A DNA stretch of 64,000 nucleotides from Eledone cirrhosa (lineage: Eukaryota). Position 1 is the first letter of the stretch; every line of letters starts with the position of its first letter. The stretch covers positions 53,444,001-53,508,000 of the forward strand of contig OZ024742.1 in NCBI GenBank assembly GCA_964016885.1. The letters run 5' to 3'. Position numbers and translations under genes: made by a program. Shown in pieces: positions 13,232 to 26,466 of the stretch. The notes beneath the pieces were generated by a model. That model saw only the letters and a list, made by a program, of their open reading frames with translations. It was not told the origin of the DNA and did no database searches.

Positions 13232-13630
13232 CGGTGGATTGGCAGAATCGTTAGAGCGTCACGCAAATGCGTCGCAATATTTTCCTGCTCTTTACGTCCT
13301 GAGTTCAAATCCTGCCGAGAGTAACTTCACTTTTTGTCCTTTCGAGATCGATAAAATAAAGTACTAGTAAATTACTGTGGTCGATTTAATCAGCTTTCCT
13401 TTCCAGCAAATAGCTGGTCTTGTATCTACAGTAGAAATCCTTAAACCAAGTGTCTACAATACATTTTAAAAACATAGTCTTTACCATTTTTATCATGACG
13501 ATAGCTCAGTAGATTGGCAGAAACATGAGAGCGCCGGACAAAATACTTTGCTCCGTTAAGTTACGTTCTGATTTCAAATCCCGAAAAGGTCAAATTTGCC
13601 TTTCATCTTTTCGGGGTCGATAAAATAAAG
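13232..13630 (+). mobile_element. Two SINE family A copies (13232-13440, 13510-13630)
   Basis: GGATTGGCAGAA...AGAGCG head and GTCGATAAAATAAAGT core in both. Confidence 0.8.
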
Positions 13631-13719
13631 TTTGCAGACGACATGTTGTTACTTAACTCGACAGAAGATAATCTCCGGCATGCACTTAATAGGTTTGATG
13701 CCGAGTACTGCAGTGCACT

Positions 13720-14000
13720 CTACATGTGAATGGAGATTCACTGAAGCAGGTGGAGAAGTTCAAGTATCTCAGGGTCTCAGGGTCACGAGTGATGGAAGGC
13801 AGGAGGCTGAAAGTGCAAGAATTGCAGGAGAAAGTGCAGTAATGTGCTAGCTTCAGCATTTGCTAATCAGAAGAAGGGAGGTAGGTGTAAAAGCCAATTT
13901 CGCTATCTTGAATTCGGTATTCGTGCCAACACTTACCTATGGTCATGAATCTTGGGTAATGACCGAAAGAAAATGATCGAGAATACAAGCGGCCGAAACT
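13720..14000 (+). mobile_element. RTE-clade LINE, RT C-terminal fragment (decayed)
   Basis: Frames give QVEKFKYL...TSDGRQEAE..RIAGESAVM...SVFVPTLTYGHESWVMTER..RIQAAE, typical of RTE/Expander ORFs. Confidence 0.8.
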
Positions 14001-14569
14001 ATTCTCGTTATTACGTAGGTAACAGTGTTATGGAAGTTTCTACTCCATCACCAAATATACTGCCATGTTCCTGGAATATGTGCAGAAATAATTTGCAGGG
14101 TGGTTGGGGGAAGGGATTGTAAATTTGTGTGTGTATGCTCAATATGTAACCTTTGCCTGTTTGCTGGGTAGAACTATAGTCATGTGTAATCTTTGTGTAA
14201 TTCTGTTGATTAATGAGTGCGTTATGTGAGGAAATGAAGGAGATGGGTTGGGGGCAAATATTATAGTGATGTGTTGTAGTAAAGGGTAATAATAGTGATG
14301 GTAATGATGTAGTTTATGTGTTAAATTGGTGGTAATAGTGCAGTGTATGTGTTGTAGGCAAAGGTGGTAATAGTGGCGATAATGGTGCAGTTTGTGTTGT
14401 GGTAGTGAGTGGTAAAAGTGATGTTAGCAATGTACTTTATGTTATTTTGATGGTAATTTGTTTTCTTATTTTGCTTTCACCAAGCAAGGCAATAAAGCCA
14501 CTAAAATGCAAGGGGTTACTTAGAAGGTAAAAGGAAGACAGAGGGAACACACGCGCGCAAACACATACA

Positions 14570-14640
<71 letters not shown>

Positions 14641-14647
<7 letters not shown>

Positions 14648-14910
14648 TTAGTTAAGCAAAGCAAGACCACAAATTTCACAAGGAAGATATTATTAAAAGA
14701 TTGTCACCATATTTTAGTTTGATGTAAGGAATGTAGAGAATAATAAATATTATATTAATAATAATAATGTCCGTTAACGGATATTATTATTATTAATATT
14801 ATTATTATTATTCTCTACATTCCTTACATCAAACTAAAATATGGTGACAATCTTTTAATAATATCTTCCTTGTGAAATTTGTGGTCTTGCTTTGCTTAAC
14901 TAATGAATAT
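14641..14910. repeat. ~270-bp near-perfect palindrome abutting (TA)n
   Basis: ATATTCATTAGTTAAGCAAAGC... mirrored by ...GCTTTGCTTAACTAATGAATAT, with centre TCCGTTAACGGA at 14770-14781. Confidence 0.95.
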
Positions 14911-15085
14911 TTCCAGCTCTGCGCACCTAACCTCTTCATGAACCCAGCCACCTAGATGCCTTCCACTGCATATTGCACATTGAGCACATGCCTTTACGCT
15001 TTACGCTTAACTAATTCACCAATCTCTCCTCTCATATCTCCTCTCCTATCTCCATCTCTCTCTTTAAGATTGGTTACGCTTGAAC

Positions 15086-15130
<45 letters not shown>

Positions 15131-15132
<2 letters not shown>

Positions 15133-15326
15133 CGAAGGAAATGTGGTAAGGAACCAGGTGGACCATAACGCACCAAAGTACTCAATACTTGAGGTAGTAG
15201 AGTGGGTAATAGGAACCAATAAGACCCCGACAGCTGAGCTCAAGCCGTTTCGACGGCTAATTCTGGACTCAGTCCAGAATTAGCCGTCGAAACGGCTTGA
15301 GCTCAGCTGTCGGGGTCTTACTGGTT

Positions 15327-15331
<5 letters not shown>
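15131..15331 (-). mobile_element. Fold-back non-autonomous element (family P1, probable PLE pseudo-LTR) between (TA)n tracts
   Basis: 61-bp arms (15209-15269 / 15271-15331) with a 1-nt loop. Contains GAAACGGC-TTGAGCTCA-GCTGTC, like hammerhead stem III. Homologous to 34308-34513 and 35317-35473. Confidence 0.75.
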
Positions 15332-15387
<56 letters not shown>

Positions 15388-15404
15388 ATATATCTCTCTC
15401 TCTG

Positions 15405-15491
<87 letters not shown>

Positions 15492-15759
15492 AATGTTGTA
15501 GTGGTGCTAGTGGTGTATTGTATGAGCTATAGTGAAGGACAGTAATGTGGCAGTGAATGTGTTGTGTATATAGTGTTATATTATTGAGTGGTATATTATT
15601 GAGTGGTATTGGCGTTGCTGTTTTGAAGGCGACAGAATATGAATCAGTTTCTGTTTATTTATTTATTGTAAAAAAATGCAAGTGTCTTTTGTGGTTATGA
15701 AAACGGAAAATGAAGGGAAAGTCAAGGGCTCTAGGGTCACAGAAGAATAGGGAGGAGGA

Positions 15760-15976
15760 CAGTGGAGAGTGGACAAGACCGCAAAAGCATTTCCGTGGAT
15801 AATGGCTAGCGGCACCCGCTGCAATAGCCCCTGCACCTCGCGGGTCTCTTTCCTCAGACGAACTGCTGATGCTGCAATCAAAAAGTACGCCTGAGGTCTC
15901 GATGGTCACCGGCGCGAAGAGGAAGCGGCCGGACAATTCCCGGTATTTGTTTATCTTCCTTTCCTCTGCATTGCGC
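15760..15976 (-). mobile_element. CRE-like non-LTR retrotransposon, C-terminal restriction-like endonuclease fragment
   Basis: NAEERKINKYRELSGRFLFAPVTIETSGVL, then after a frameshift ETRE...LLQRVPLAIIHGNAFAVL, the usual C-terminus of CRE-type elements. Confidence 0.7.
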
Positions 15977-18281
15977 TTAAATTAATCACCACCTCCCTTC
16001 TTCACAACGATATATATAAGGTAAACTTGCGTCAACGTCAGAGAATCGTTTACTAATTGCACTGCCGCTTCTCCAGAAGCGTCCTCTTTCTAATACATTT
16101 CTCGCATATGTCAAACGATAACATATAACTCTGTAACTACACTTAAGTTTGAACTATATAAACAGCATTTTTTATTATTATTCTGCAATAATTGCTGCTT
16201 GTCAAAACTATCATCTAAATTCCTAGATACTATTTTTTATATTTATGTAAAGGTTTTACAGAAAAAATAAATAGCTACACACATGTTTGCGTCATGCACT
16301 CCACCCCACTCCATAAAATAAGTTCTTTATTTCAAAGTTCTTTGCTGAATACCATTTGCTTAGTGTTAGGCTGTGTCAGGCTTTTTTAGATGATTTGACA
16401 ATCTGAATATTTGGAAGAAACCCCATATTATTTACATGAAAGAATCCATACATTCGATGGTTAGCTACAAAAATAAAGATGAGGTCATCAGACCAAAAGA
16501 TGCTGAGAGGGATTGCATAATCTAGACAGATGAACGGTTGTTTTAAAAAGACGTGGCATATTTCACCATAAATAATTTAAATAGGCTTATCATTATATTT
16601 ATGAGGTAAACGCTGCTTACGTAAAAGTGTGTGTACATTGAAATTGAGAACATTTTGTTTGAGAAACCTAGCAATGACTGTATAAAAAACAAAATAAAAG
16701 GAAAAACGATTTAAAAAGGCGAAATAAAAACGCATCTGTACGAAGAATAAAAAGAAACACGTGATGAGACAAAAAATAATTTTTAAAACATCAGTTTTAT
16801 TATGGTACACCACAGAACATTTTCATGTGAATATGAGATTTCTGAACGTCACACATCAACAAAATTGCAACCATCATAATCATCGTCATTTTCTCATCAT
16901 GACTGTCATCATGTTACGATTCTTATCTTCGAAACAGTACCAGCAACAGAACCGTGTTTGTAAATTTCCCCTTATCTAAATATTAAATGAAAAACAAAGT
17001 AGATCTGCAAACCATAGCACATTCTAGAAGGCTTTAGTAGCTAAACTGAAGTTGCTGATCTTATGAAAATAAAATTTATAATTGAGTTCAAGAGAGAGAA
17101 AAATATAATTAAGCAACTTCTTTAACATTCACTTATCGCCACTCGGATTCTGGACGGTGTGGAGACAAGATAAATACTTAGTTATGTTCGTTGTCATGTA
17201 CATTTAGATTTATAAAGAAATATAATTTAAAGGTACGTGGCCTAGTGACCAGGGTGTTGGACTCACGATCATAAAATCCAAGACAGCATATTGTGTTCTT
17301 GAGCAAAATAATTTATTTCGCGTTGATCCATCTACCAGAAATTACGACCGACAGATAGTTTTCGCAATGGAAAGGCTTATGGAAACATTTTCCCTGGTCC
17401 GACTTAACGGTCGGTTTATTTTATTTTAGATTTGACATTCAGAATTTGGCTCAGGTCAGAGACCATATTCCTACAACAGGATCAAATATTTCTTTTATAA
17501 AAGTTTAATATAATTTTATGACATTTAAAAAGAATAATCTTTGTCATTCAGTGTGAGCCAACTACCCAACGGAAGAAAGTCCTTCTATTGTTAAACTTAA
17601 ATATCTCTACTAGAAAGAACCCGAGAAAAGTGTAAACATAAACTCTAAAGATACAACATTACACACACACTCATGTTGTAATGGGTTATCCAGCATACAT
17701 ACATATACATTGACACACACGCACACATATATACATACATATATATACATATATATATACATATATATATTTGTATGTGTGTGTGAGTGAGTGAATGTAT
17801 GTACACTCTATGATGTACATAGAAATGCTTGAAGCAGCACGCCAGGGAAGAAACACTTGTAATATTATATTACAGATAGTCTGACAAATATGTGCTTATG
17901 AAATGACCAATTTCTATATTCTTGCAGATAACAGAATCTTTTAGTTCGGCAAATTGTCTTTAAAAAAATCTCCTCTTGATTTCTCCATTGGTAGATATAG
18001 CGGCAGGTATCTGTGGTGTTTAAACAAAATATCGCGAGTATCCATCTTGGTTTTAAGATATATTCATAATGAAATGCTTTTATTAGTCGACTGGTTTGAT
18101 AACACGTTTTCACTTTTATTTTCATTATATAAATTCTTCATAAATGCTTTTCGATTTGTCTTCAGTTATATTTAATTAATTTTTATTTAGACGCGTCTTA
18201 AAAATAGCCATGTTGTTAATATTTAATACGATTAAATAAATGTTTTTTTTTGCATACAACTTTCAGCCGGGACATTATATA

Positions 18282-18460
18282 TGGCAGTATCAGTAGAGGG
18301 TCGGACACCATGCTTTGACGCAAAGAGTTACGTCCCTTTACGATCTGAGTTCAAATCCCGCCGAGGTTAACTTTGCCTTTCATCCTTACGGGTCGATAAA
18401 ATAAAGTACCAGTAATGTACTGGGTAATTGCTGGCCTTGTGCCAAAAGTAGAAACAATTA
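18282..18460 (+). mobile_element. SINE family A
   Basis: Near-consensus copy. Confidence 0.85.
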
Positions 18461-18784
18461 TATAACCTTTCCTTATTTAAGTTTAATTTGTTTTAATTTG
18501 ACGTTCGTTTCCGAGATTTATTCAAATCATTGTTAGGCAATCAACGAATCAATGATCTTTATGATTAATTATATTACTGGTATAGCTGCTTTTTCTTTAC
18601 ATATACATCCTCTTAGTACACCTTGTTTCCATGTTTCTATTTATCATCACAGAAATTGACTGATTTAAGTGATTTCCTGCGCCAAACGTCGATTCCTCGC
18701 GGGTCCTCTTCTGCACCTCTTCTGCTTTGAGTGGTTGAGATATTCTTTCTTTCTCTCCTATATATATATATATAGAGAGAGAGG

Positions 18785-18883
18785 GAGATATGTAAAATCC
18801 CGAGTGCGGCGCCAAGTAGTTTCGGCTTGTGTGTACACGAGCCCAAAACCGCTTGGCACTGCGGTCCGGATTTTACATATCTC
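18785..18883. mobile_element. Diverged fold-back element with hammerhead-like stem III
   Basis: GAGATATGTAAAATCC...GGATTTTACATATCTC arms; the right arm has (G)AAAC-CGC-TTGGCACT-GCG-GTC. Confidence 0.6.
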
Positions 18884-18978
18884 TATAGCCATTCTGCATC
18901 TCCCTATGCATTGAGTACTCCCATATTAGTGGTCTCCTCATTCTCAGCACCGCAGACTCTCTCTCTCTGTGTCTATAA

Positions 18979-19029
<51 letters not shown>

Positions 19030-19101
19030 CCACTCTCAAGAGCGTGAAACTAATAAACCTTTGTTCGTACTGCCTCTCTGTTTTGTTCCCGTTCAATTTT
19101 T

Positions 19102-19162
<61 letters not shown>

Positions 19163-19174
19163 CATACATACATA

Positions 19175-19254
<80 letters not shown>

Positions 19255-19366
19255 GCCGGCTATGAAACAAACATGTTTCTGAAGCTGAGCTTCAATTGCT
19301 CGATGTTCCTGTCTATAGATGTGTCTGTCGAAGGTAAAAAAAGATAATCAATTAAAGATGGGTGGG

Positions 19367-19606
19367 TCATGGCTGTGGATCGATAATTTTAGACGCTGCA
19401 ATTTTCAACCAGTCTGAGAGTGGTCTATTTTTCTTTGGACTCGAACACAGCAATATAATGAACATGGATTGTGTCTTTGAAATGACAACATAGCGAGCAC
19501 CATTGAAAGCCACCAGTTGTGTTGGTGTGAACACCTTTATACAGTAGGTGATCCCGTTCAGTGATATTAATTCAATGGTTGGATCACAGAAGCAGTTTCC
19601 TATGTG
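19367..19606 (-). CDS. Profilin-like protein, last coding exon (HIGNCFCDPTIELISLNGITYCIKVFTPTQLVAFNGARYVVISKTQSMFIILLCSSPKKNRPLSDWLKIAASKIIDPQP*)
   Basis: Acceptor TTTTCTCTCATTACAG|CAC, phase 0, 240 nt to TGA. Shows the profilin pattern (LNGxxY strand, VVISKTxxxFII hairpin, C-terminal helix) and matches the phase of the upstream exon. Confidence 0.8.
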   Translation of the reverse strand, partial: HIGNCFCDPTIELISLNGITYCIKVFTPTQLVAFNGARYVVISKTQSMFIILLCSSPKKNRPLSDWLKIAASKIIDPQP

Positions 19607-19719
19607 CTGTAATGAGAGAAAACAACGAATACAAAAAGTATACGAGAATTATAATACACACACAACGCACACACATACAAAGATAGACAGACACAGACAC
19701 GCACACACGCACACACACG

Positions 19720-19769
<50 letters not shown>

Positions 19770-19859
19770 TACACACACACATATATCTATATACCGGCAT
19801 ATATAATATATCAGATACTTCTATAATTGAAATGTGTGCATCCCACCACAAATGACAAA

Positions 19860-20027
19860 TAATTCTTTCTACTTTTGGCACAAGGCCAGCAATTACCCAG
19901 TGTATTACTGGTACTTTATTTTATCGGCCCCGTAAGGATGAAAGGCAAAGTTAACCTCGGCGGGATTCGAACTCAGATGCTGCAAAGCATGGTGTCCGAC
20001 TCTCTACCGATACTGCCAATCCACCGC
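19860..20027 (-). mobile_element. SINE family A (intronic)
   Basis: Reverse complement of the consensus. Confidence 0.85.
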
Positions 20028-20857
20028 AAATCTACAAATGACTATAATAATAGTCGGTCACTATATATGATAGTTGAGAAACTCGAGTAAACTAACCCCG
20101 AAGATGCGGGTTCGAGTCCTAGCTGGCGTCTGTGTTAACCTTTTTACAATCTCCATTATTTTTTATAGGGATCAACTAATATTTTAGTCATTTGCATTGG
20201 GATACGCACACTTCAGATTTCTGATTTTCTCAACAAGTGTCTGATATATATGAATGTTATCTTTAGTCAAAATTAATCGAACACATGACCTTACGATCGT
20301 AAGACGAACACACTTACCACCAAGCCACAGACTGTGACTTACATTTCATAATACATTGTGGATTGCTTTGAAATGAGTTTTTAGTTAAAATCAACACGAT
20401 TCCCATCACTTGACATATTATATGTTTATAGAAAGATATATTATAATAAGCTGTTGTGGGAGCCCCGGGAGGTATATATGTATAGGGTAAGATATATTAT
20501 GATAAGCTGTTCTGTATGCACGAGAGGGACATATCTAAAGGGAAATATATATTATGAGTTGGAGCGTGAGCCCCCTCCGGTGGGGAGGTGATGGTGGGGC
20601 ATATGTATGAAGAGTTTTAACTTTTATAGAACATAAACTGAAAACGTATTTTGTTACGTTCTAGAATTATTATAATCAGGTTTGTTTTGCTTTCGTCGTT
20701 TCTATTGTATATTGACTTGTTAGGAGAGCTAATATATCACCTTGATCACCTTGACTGACCAGTCTGTCGGGCGCCAATCGGCGCCGCTGGTCACAGCACG
20801 TCGTGCTGTTTTAGTCATAAGATAACGCCATCCCACTGGCTGGGCGGGCAGGCCGAG

Positions 20858-20898
<41 letters not shown>

Positions 20899-20943
20899 GA
20901 AAATAATATATATATATATATATATATATAAATGAAAATAATA

Positions 20944-21063
<120 letters not shown>

Positions 21064-21242
21064 CGGAACAAGTAAACATTAAACAATCTTATAAATAAAT
21101 TAAAATACGATTTAAATATTTACCTCTTCTAGTGCCATGACCGTACGGTTTCGCTTATCAAAAGATTGGATATATATATATATATATTAGCTCTCCTAAC
21201 AAGTCAATATACAATAGAAACGACGAAAGCAAAACAATATAT

Positions 21243-21287
<45 letters not shown>

Positions 21288-21455
21288 CAGTGACTCCTTT
21301 TTCCGAAAATGAAGGTCGGGAGAGGTCCCTTGGATTTACAGTTAAGCACCTCTCAGCCTTATATATATCAATAATACTTATAAAAAAAATACCACTCTAC
21401 CTGTCATTAAATCTACCTCCTCCTCTCTCTTTCTATCTAAAACTTACGCGCACAC

Positions 21456-21565
<110 letters not shown>

Positions 21566-22199
21566 GTGGAAATTTACAAAAATTATTATTTCAAACACCA
21601 CATTCCAGAAGAGTGAGATCATTTATTGCATACCACTGACACGTGTTTCTTTCGATGTGTTATATAATCAGTCTATGATCGCTAATATTTGACTCTTACA
21701 AACCCCAGATTTTACCAGCATCAGAAATTTCTTCTGTGTGAATTAATTTTTTTTCTAGTTTTTTTTCCTTTATTTTCGAACGATCTGACATCCGACTCAC
21801 TCGCCAATGATTCCTTTTTTCGAAAACGGAAGCAGGGGGTTACAGATAAACACTTCTCAGCCGTTTAAATTCATAGAAAAGTACCGGCTGGGGATCGTGA
21901 AGAAATATTTGGACCTCCGACATTCTTGCAATCGCCTTCTTTATCGATAACGGAATCTGGGGGCTAGGGGGGAAACCAGTCTTGGAGCTTTCTTCAGTGC
22001 AAATAACAGAGCCAGGAAGGGAGGGGAAACATTCGGAGTTGCAGATAAGCACCTCTTAGTCGTTTAAATTTATGGAAGGATATTTTGATCCTTCATTAAT
22101 TTATACTGTTGTGGAAAACGTTGTAAGCTTAATTAATTTAGTGTCCCCCCCCCCCCCCCCAGTGAGGAGTGGCTGTATGAAATAGGAATCCTGCCTCCC

Positions 22200-22851
22200 A
22201 AAAAATTTCAGTGAATGCTACCAACAAAATCTCTCACAAATGATCTATGGAGGTAGCTAGAACTATAAATCTATCGACAAAGTTGTCAACAAGGACGATG
22301 CTGCTCATTATTTCGTTGAATTTCTCAACAACCTGGAACCGTCTGGTAGGCTGCCATACAATTTTGAATTGAAGAAGGGCACAGTCATCATGTTTCTTAG
22401 CAACTTGGATCAGTCGAGATTGTGCAATGGGATGCATATGGTTGGGTCTGAACTATAGTCTTGCATTATCGATGCCAACATCCTCACTGGATGTGGTAAG
22501 GGAGATGTTGTATTTATACCTAGAATACCACTAATACCAACAGATGTCCCCTTTCGTTTCAAATGATTGCAATTCCCAGTGAGAGTCAGTTACGCAATGA
22601 CCATTAACAAGTCCCATGGTTAAGCCCCGAAGGTTGTCTATCTCCATCTAGAAGAGGGCTGTTTCACACATGGTTTTTGTATGTAGGTTTTTACAGACTA
22701 GGAAGACCCCACAAACTTGTCTTATTTGCTCCAAAGAAAAAAGTTATAAACATTGTTCTGAAGTTCTGTAAATGTTTTATAATTTTCATATAATACATTA
22801 AGAGTAGATTTGAGCAGAATACACACCGGGGCGAAGGCCGGGAGGCCACTA

Positions 22852-22852
<1 letters not shown>
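22200..22852 (+). mobile_element. Helitron 3' fragment with decayed PIF1-like helicase, inside the profilin-like intron
   Basis: EFLNNLEPSG..LKKG.VIM.L.NLD...LCNG...ILTGCGKGDVVFIPRIPLIPTDVPF.F..LQFPVRVSYAMTINKS. Ends with a GC hairpin CCGGGGCGAAGGCCGG and CTAG|T at 22849-22852. Confidence 0.9.
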
Positions 22853-22892
<40 letters not shown>

Positions 22893-22988
22893 TGAATTAT
22901 AATCCGCTGGTCATCAGGTTATTACTAATAAACACTGGAAATATGTGCATATGTGTGTGTGTATTCAGCTAGTATGAAAATACGTCAC

Positions 22989-23171
22989 CTGTAATTCTTT
23001 GTTTGTGATCTTAAATCCTTTAGACCTGGATAAGGTGAGGCCAGAATGTAGCACAAGACCAGCTTCTCTCAGTTCAAGGTTCTTGAAGTTTTTGAGGATG
23101 TGTTCCAACCATTTCTTCCAGGCTGAAGTATGGTGGTAGTGGTTGGCAGGAGCAAACGCTAAACTGTTCAT
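22989..23171 (-). CDS. Profilin-like protein, first coding exon (MNSLAFAPANHYHHTSAWKKWLEHILKNFKNLELREAGLVLHSGLTLSRSKGFKITNKELQ)
   Basis: Acceptor CTTTTTTTTCAG| 11 nt before the ATG and donor CAG|GTGACG in phase 0. SAWxxW helix and AGLV..SG...S.S.GFKIT..EL parallel the profilin SWQxY...AAI...DG..WA.S.GF.I...E pattern. Spliced length is 140 aa. Confidence 0.8.
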
Positions 23172-23322
23172 TTTCGGTATGACTGAAAAAAAAGAAAGAG
23201 TTTGCAGAATATATTATATGACCTCATTTAGAATGGAGTACACGGCAATTCAATTAATTAATGGAGAATTTTGAAGGATTTATTAAATTTATTATTTATT
23301 TCACTATTTATATGGTATAGGA

Positions 23323-23700
23323 AGGCGGTGCATTGGGAGTATCGGTAGAGCATCGGACAGCATGCTTTGCGGCAGATTGCTACGGCTTTTTACGTTCTGA
23401 GTTCAAATCACACCGAAGTTAGCTTTGCCTTTCATCCTTACGGGTTCGTTTTAATCGTATTTCCCCTTCCCTTCAAATTTCTGGCGTTGTGCCTAAAGTA
23501 GAAACAATTATTCATATGGTGTGTAGAGTGGCGGAGTCATTAGAGCATCGGACAAATGTTTAAAGGTATTTGTTCCGGCTCTTTACGTTCTGAGGTCAAT
23601 TTTACATTTCAACCTTTCGGGATTGATAAAATAAAATACCAGTCAGGTACTGGGATCGATTTTATTGACTTACCCCAAAATTGCTGACCTTGTAGTAGAT
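23323..23700 (+). mobile_element. Two tandem SINE family A copies
   Basis: Two heads (GGTAGAGCATCGGAC / TTAGAGCATCGGAC), each followed by the core. Confidence 0.8.
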
Positions 23701-23934
23701 ATCATTATTGAAATCGTTTTTGAAACGAAACTTTGTTGGAATATTTTAATCTAAATAAGAAACCTTTAATGAGGAAACTGTAGGGATTCATTCTAATTTT
23801 ATCATTATTAGATTGATTGTAGAGTGGAGGATTAGCGGAGTCGATAGTGCATCGGACAAATACATAACAGTATTTCTCTGGCTCAAATTCCACCGAGATA
23901 AATAAATATATATATATATTTATATAGATATATA

Positions 23935-24087
23935 TGAAAAGAGTCAGGACTCCGACGCCTGAGCTCCGGCCGATTCGACAGCTAGATCCTAACTGAGTTC
24001 TTTTCTTATTACCCACTCTATTACCCGAAGTATTGATTACTCTGGTGCGTTATGGTCCACCTGATATCTTACCACACCCTCTTTGTT
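23935..24087 (+). mobile_element. Diverged family P1 element
   Basis: CTGAGCTCCGGCCGATTCG, followed by ATTACCCACTCTATTAC...TGGTGCGTTATGGTCCACCTG as in 35317-35473; flanked by (TA)n. Confidence 0.6.
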
Positions 24088-24119
24088 ATATATATATATA
24101 TATATATATCATATATCAT

Positions 24120-26215
24120 AATCTATAAAGCTCAGTGTAAGGTCACGTTTCTTTGTTATAGAAATCTACGATATAGAATTTCTTCAATTGAAATTTACAA
24201 TTCAGTATTCGAAATAGCTTCAATTGGGTCATGACACATATATTGTTTTCAATTTCACCCACAATTACGCAAAAAATCGATAAAACTCAATATTTTACGA
24301 AACTTCTCTCATTTCAACTGGTTTTTCCTCTTTCCATTACCCTTCAAAATCTATACAACTTCATACTTTCTGCTACTTTCTCTTTCCAAGCTGAAACAAC
24401 ACGTAAAATGAAACTAAATTATTATTTTCATTTTACATTGTTCATGTTGATGGTAATACTGTCCGTTTTACTCTCTCATATCATCTGCTAACCTCTATCT
24501 ACAACCCACACATTTTGCTACTTTCTCTTTTATACTAAATTTGGTTTATTCACCGTTAGCAGCTACGCGCATCTTTTAAAAATGTGAGTTACAATGTTTT
24601 TCAATCGTTCCTCGGTCTAACTTTTAGTTGCTTCAAACTTACTGATTTATTTCCAAACGCATACAAACACACACTCACTTCAAATGATAAAAAAACATTT
24701 AAAGCAATTAAACAACGTGCGTGATTTATAACCACACTAACTTTTAGTTGTTTCAAACTTAATGATTTATTTACAAACACATACAAACACACACTCACAT
24801 AAATTGATAAAAAAAATTTAAAGCAATTAAAAAACGTGCGGGATTTATAACCACAAATACACACTTCATTAAAAAATAAACTAATAATTTGCGACAATTC
24901 TTTTCTTTAAATCGTAAAATTAAACGACATAATTATTTTCATATTCGGCTGTTAATTTTCATGGGGATACTAAACAACTCCTGACCCAGAGGACGTCATC
25001 AACTATCCAATAGAGGTACTCAATTCCTTTGAGCCCCTCGGACTACCACCACACATTCTCAAACTTAAAGTTGGTGCCCCTATAATGCTCATTAAAAATT
25101 TGGTTCCCCCGAAACAATGCAATGGCACACGTTTGATCGTTAAGTCCTTATCTCCCAATCTGATTGAGGCCACGATTATCACAGGGTGCGGTCGAGGCAA
25201 CGTTGTTTCAACTCATACACTTTACAGACTAAACAACAAAAACATTAGCCACATTAACGTACAATTTCGTTTTATTCTAAATGTGAGTCTTCAAACTGAT
25301 TTATTTATTTGCAAACACATACAAACATACACTCACATCAAATGAATAATTAAACTTTAAATCAATTTAACCACGTGCCGGATTTCTAACCACACATACA
25401 CACTTCATTAACAAATAAAAATTCTAATTTGCGACAATTATTTTCTTTCAATCGTAAAATCAAACGACAGAATTATTTTCATTTTCGGTTGTTAATCTTC
25501 ATGGGGATAATACTACCCTTCCATTTTACATCATGTGAGTTAACAAATAATTTTTTAAAACACTATTCTCAGACTTCCTTAAACAACAAGATCAATTGCG
25601 TAGCCGGTATTCATTATGTAGCCGGTAAAGCTATGTAGCAGGTAAAAGGGTATGTAGTCAGTACGATGTTATATAGCATGAAAAGTTTATATAACCGGTA
25701 AATGTTATGTCGCCGTTAGCATGTGTGTGTGTGTATTACCGTCAATCCACACGTGTGTGTGTGCGTGTTTCAATGTAGTTTTCGTTAACAATGACGAGAG
25801 TACAATCGCGCCAGAAACAATTCAATTTCTCATTCTTAACTGCTAGGGACGTTCACAGGTTCATTAAGTACTTTCAGTAAGGAATAAAAAAATTAGGGAT
25901 TGAACCAAAAACCACGACATAAACAGGCACCAACAAACGTTTTCTTTGTCCTGTCAAAAAGTGAATGATCCTATCCCTTTCACCTATGACCTCAGTTAGG
26001 TCAGGCGAAAGTCAAATAGACAGGGGATCACCTATGTAGGTACAAACCTTGCTGCGGTATGTCTATTTTTCTAGCTAATATATATATATATACCTTAATT
26101 TGATTATATATATATATATATATATATAAACCGTGTATAAAAATATAACATAAATTCATTTAACACAACTGAAACTGGATTTTAGTCTTCAAATTTATTA
26201 TTATTACTATATATA

Positions 26216-26249
<34 letters not shown>

Positions 26250-26389
26250 TCGTATACAGATATTTTTGCATACACAGTAACAACATATAAACAAACGCAT
26301 TTATTTGACGAGGCTCGATAAGGATAAATATATATCAAATATATAAGAACCCTAGAGCAAATCCCGAGCAACGCCGGGCCATTCTGCTA

Positions 26390-26390
<1 letters not shown>
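24120..26390 (+). mobile_element. Helitron-derived region (possibly composite) with a PIF1 fragment at ~24975-25210
   Basis: EDVINYPIEVLNSFEPLGLPPHILKLKVGAPIMLIKNLVPPKQCNGTRLIVKSLSPNLIEATIITGCGRG. Internal duplication (24760-24975 vs 25305-25510). 3' hairpin CCCGAGCAACGCCGGG plus CTAG|T at 26387-26390. Confidence 0.75.

Positions 26391-26466
<76 letters not shown>

Noticed and set aside
20090-20130. Functional tRNA gene
   Set aside because: Only a B box/T arm is present, with no D arm or acceptor stem; other tRNA-like heads in the window belong to SINEs.
22200-25210. Host PIF1 helicase gene
   Set aside because: Intronless fragments with stops, overlapping the same domain twice and ending in Helitron hairpin-CTAG termini.
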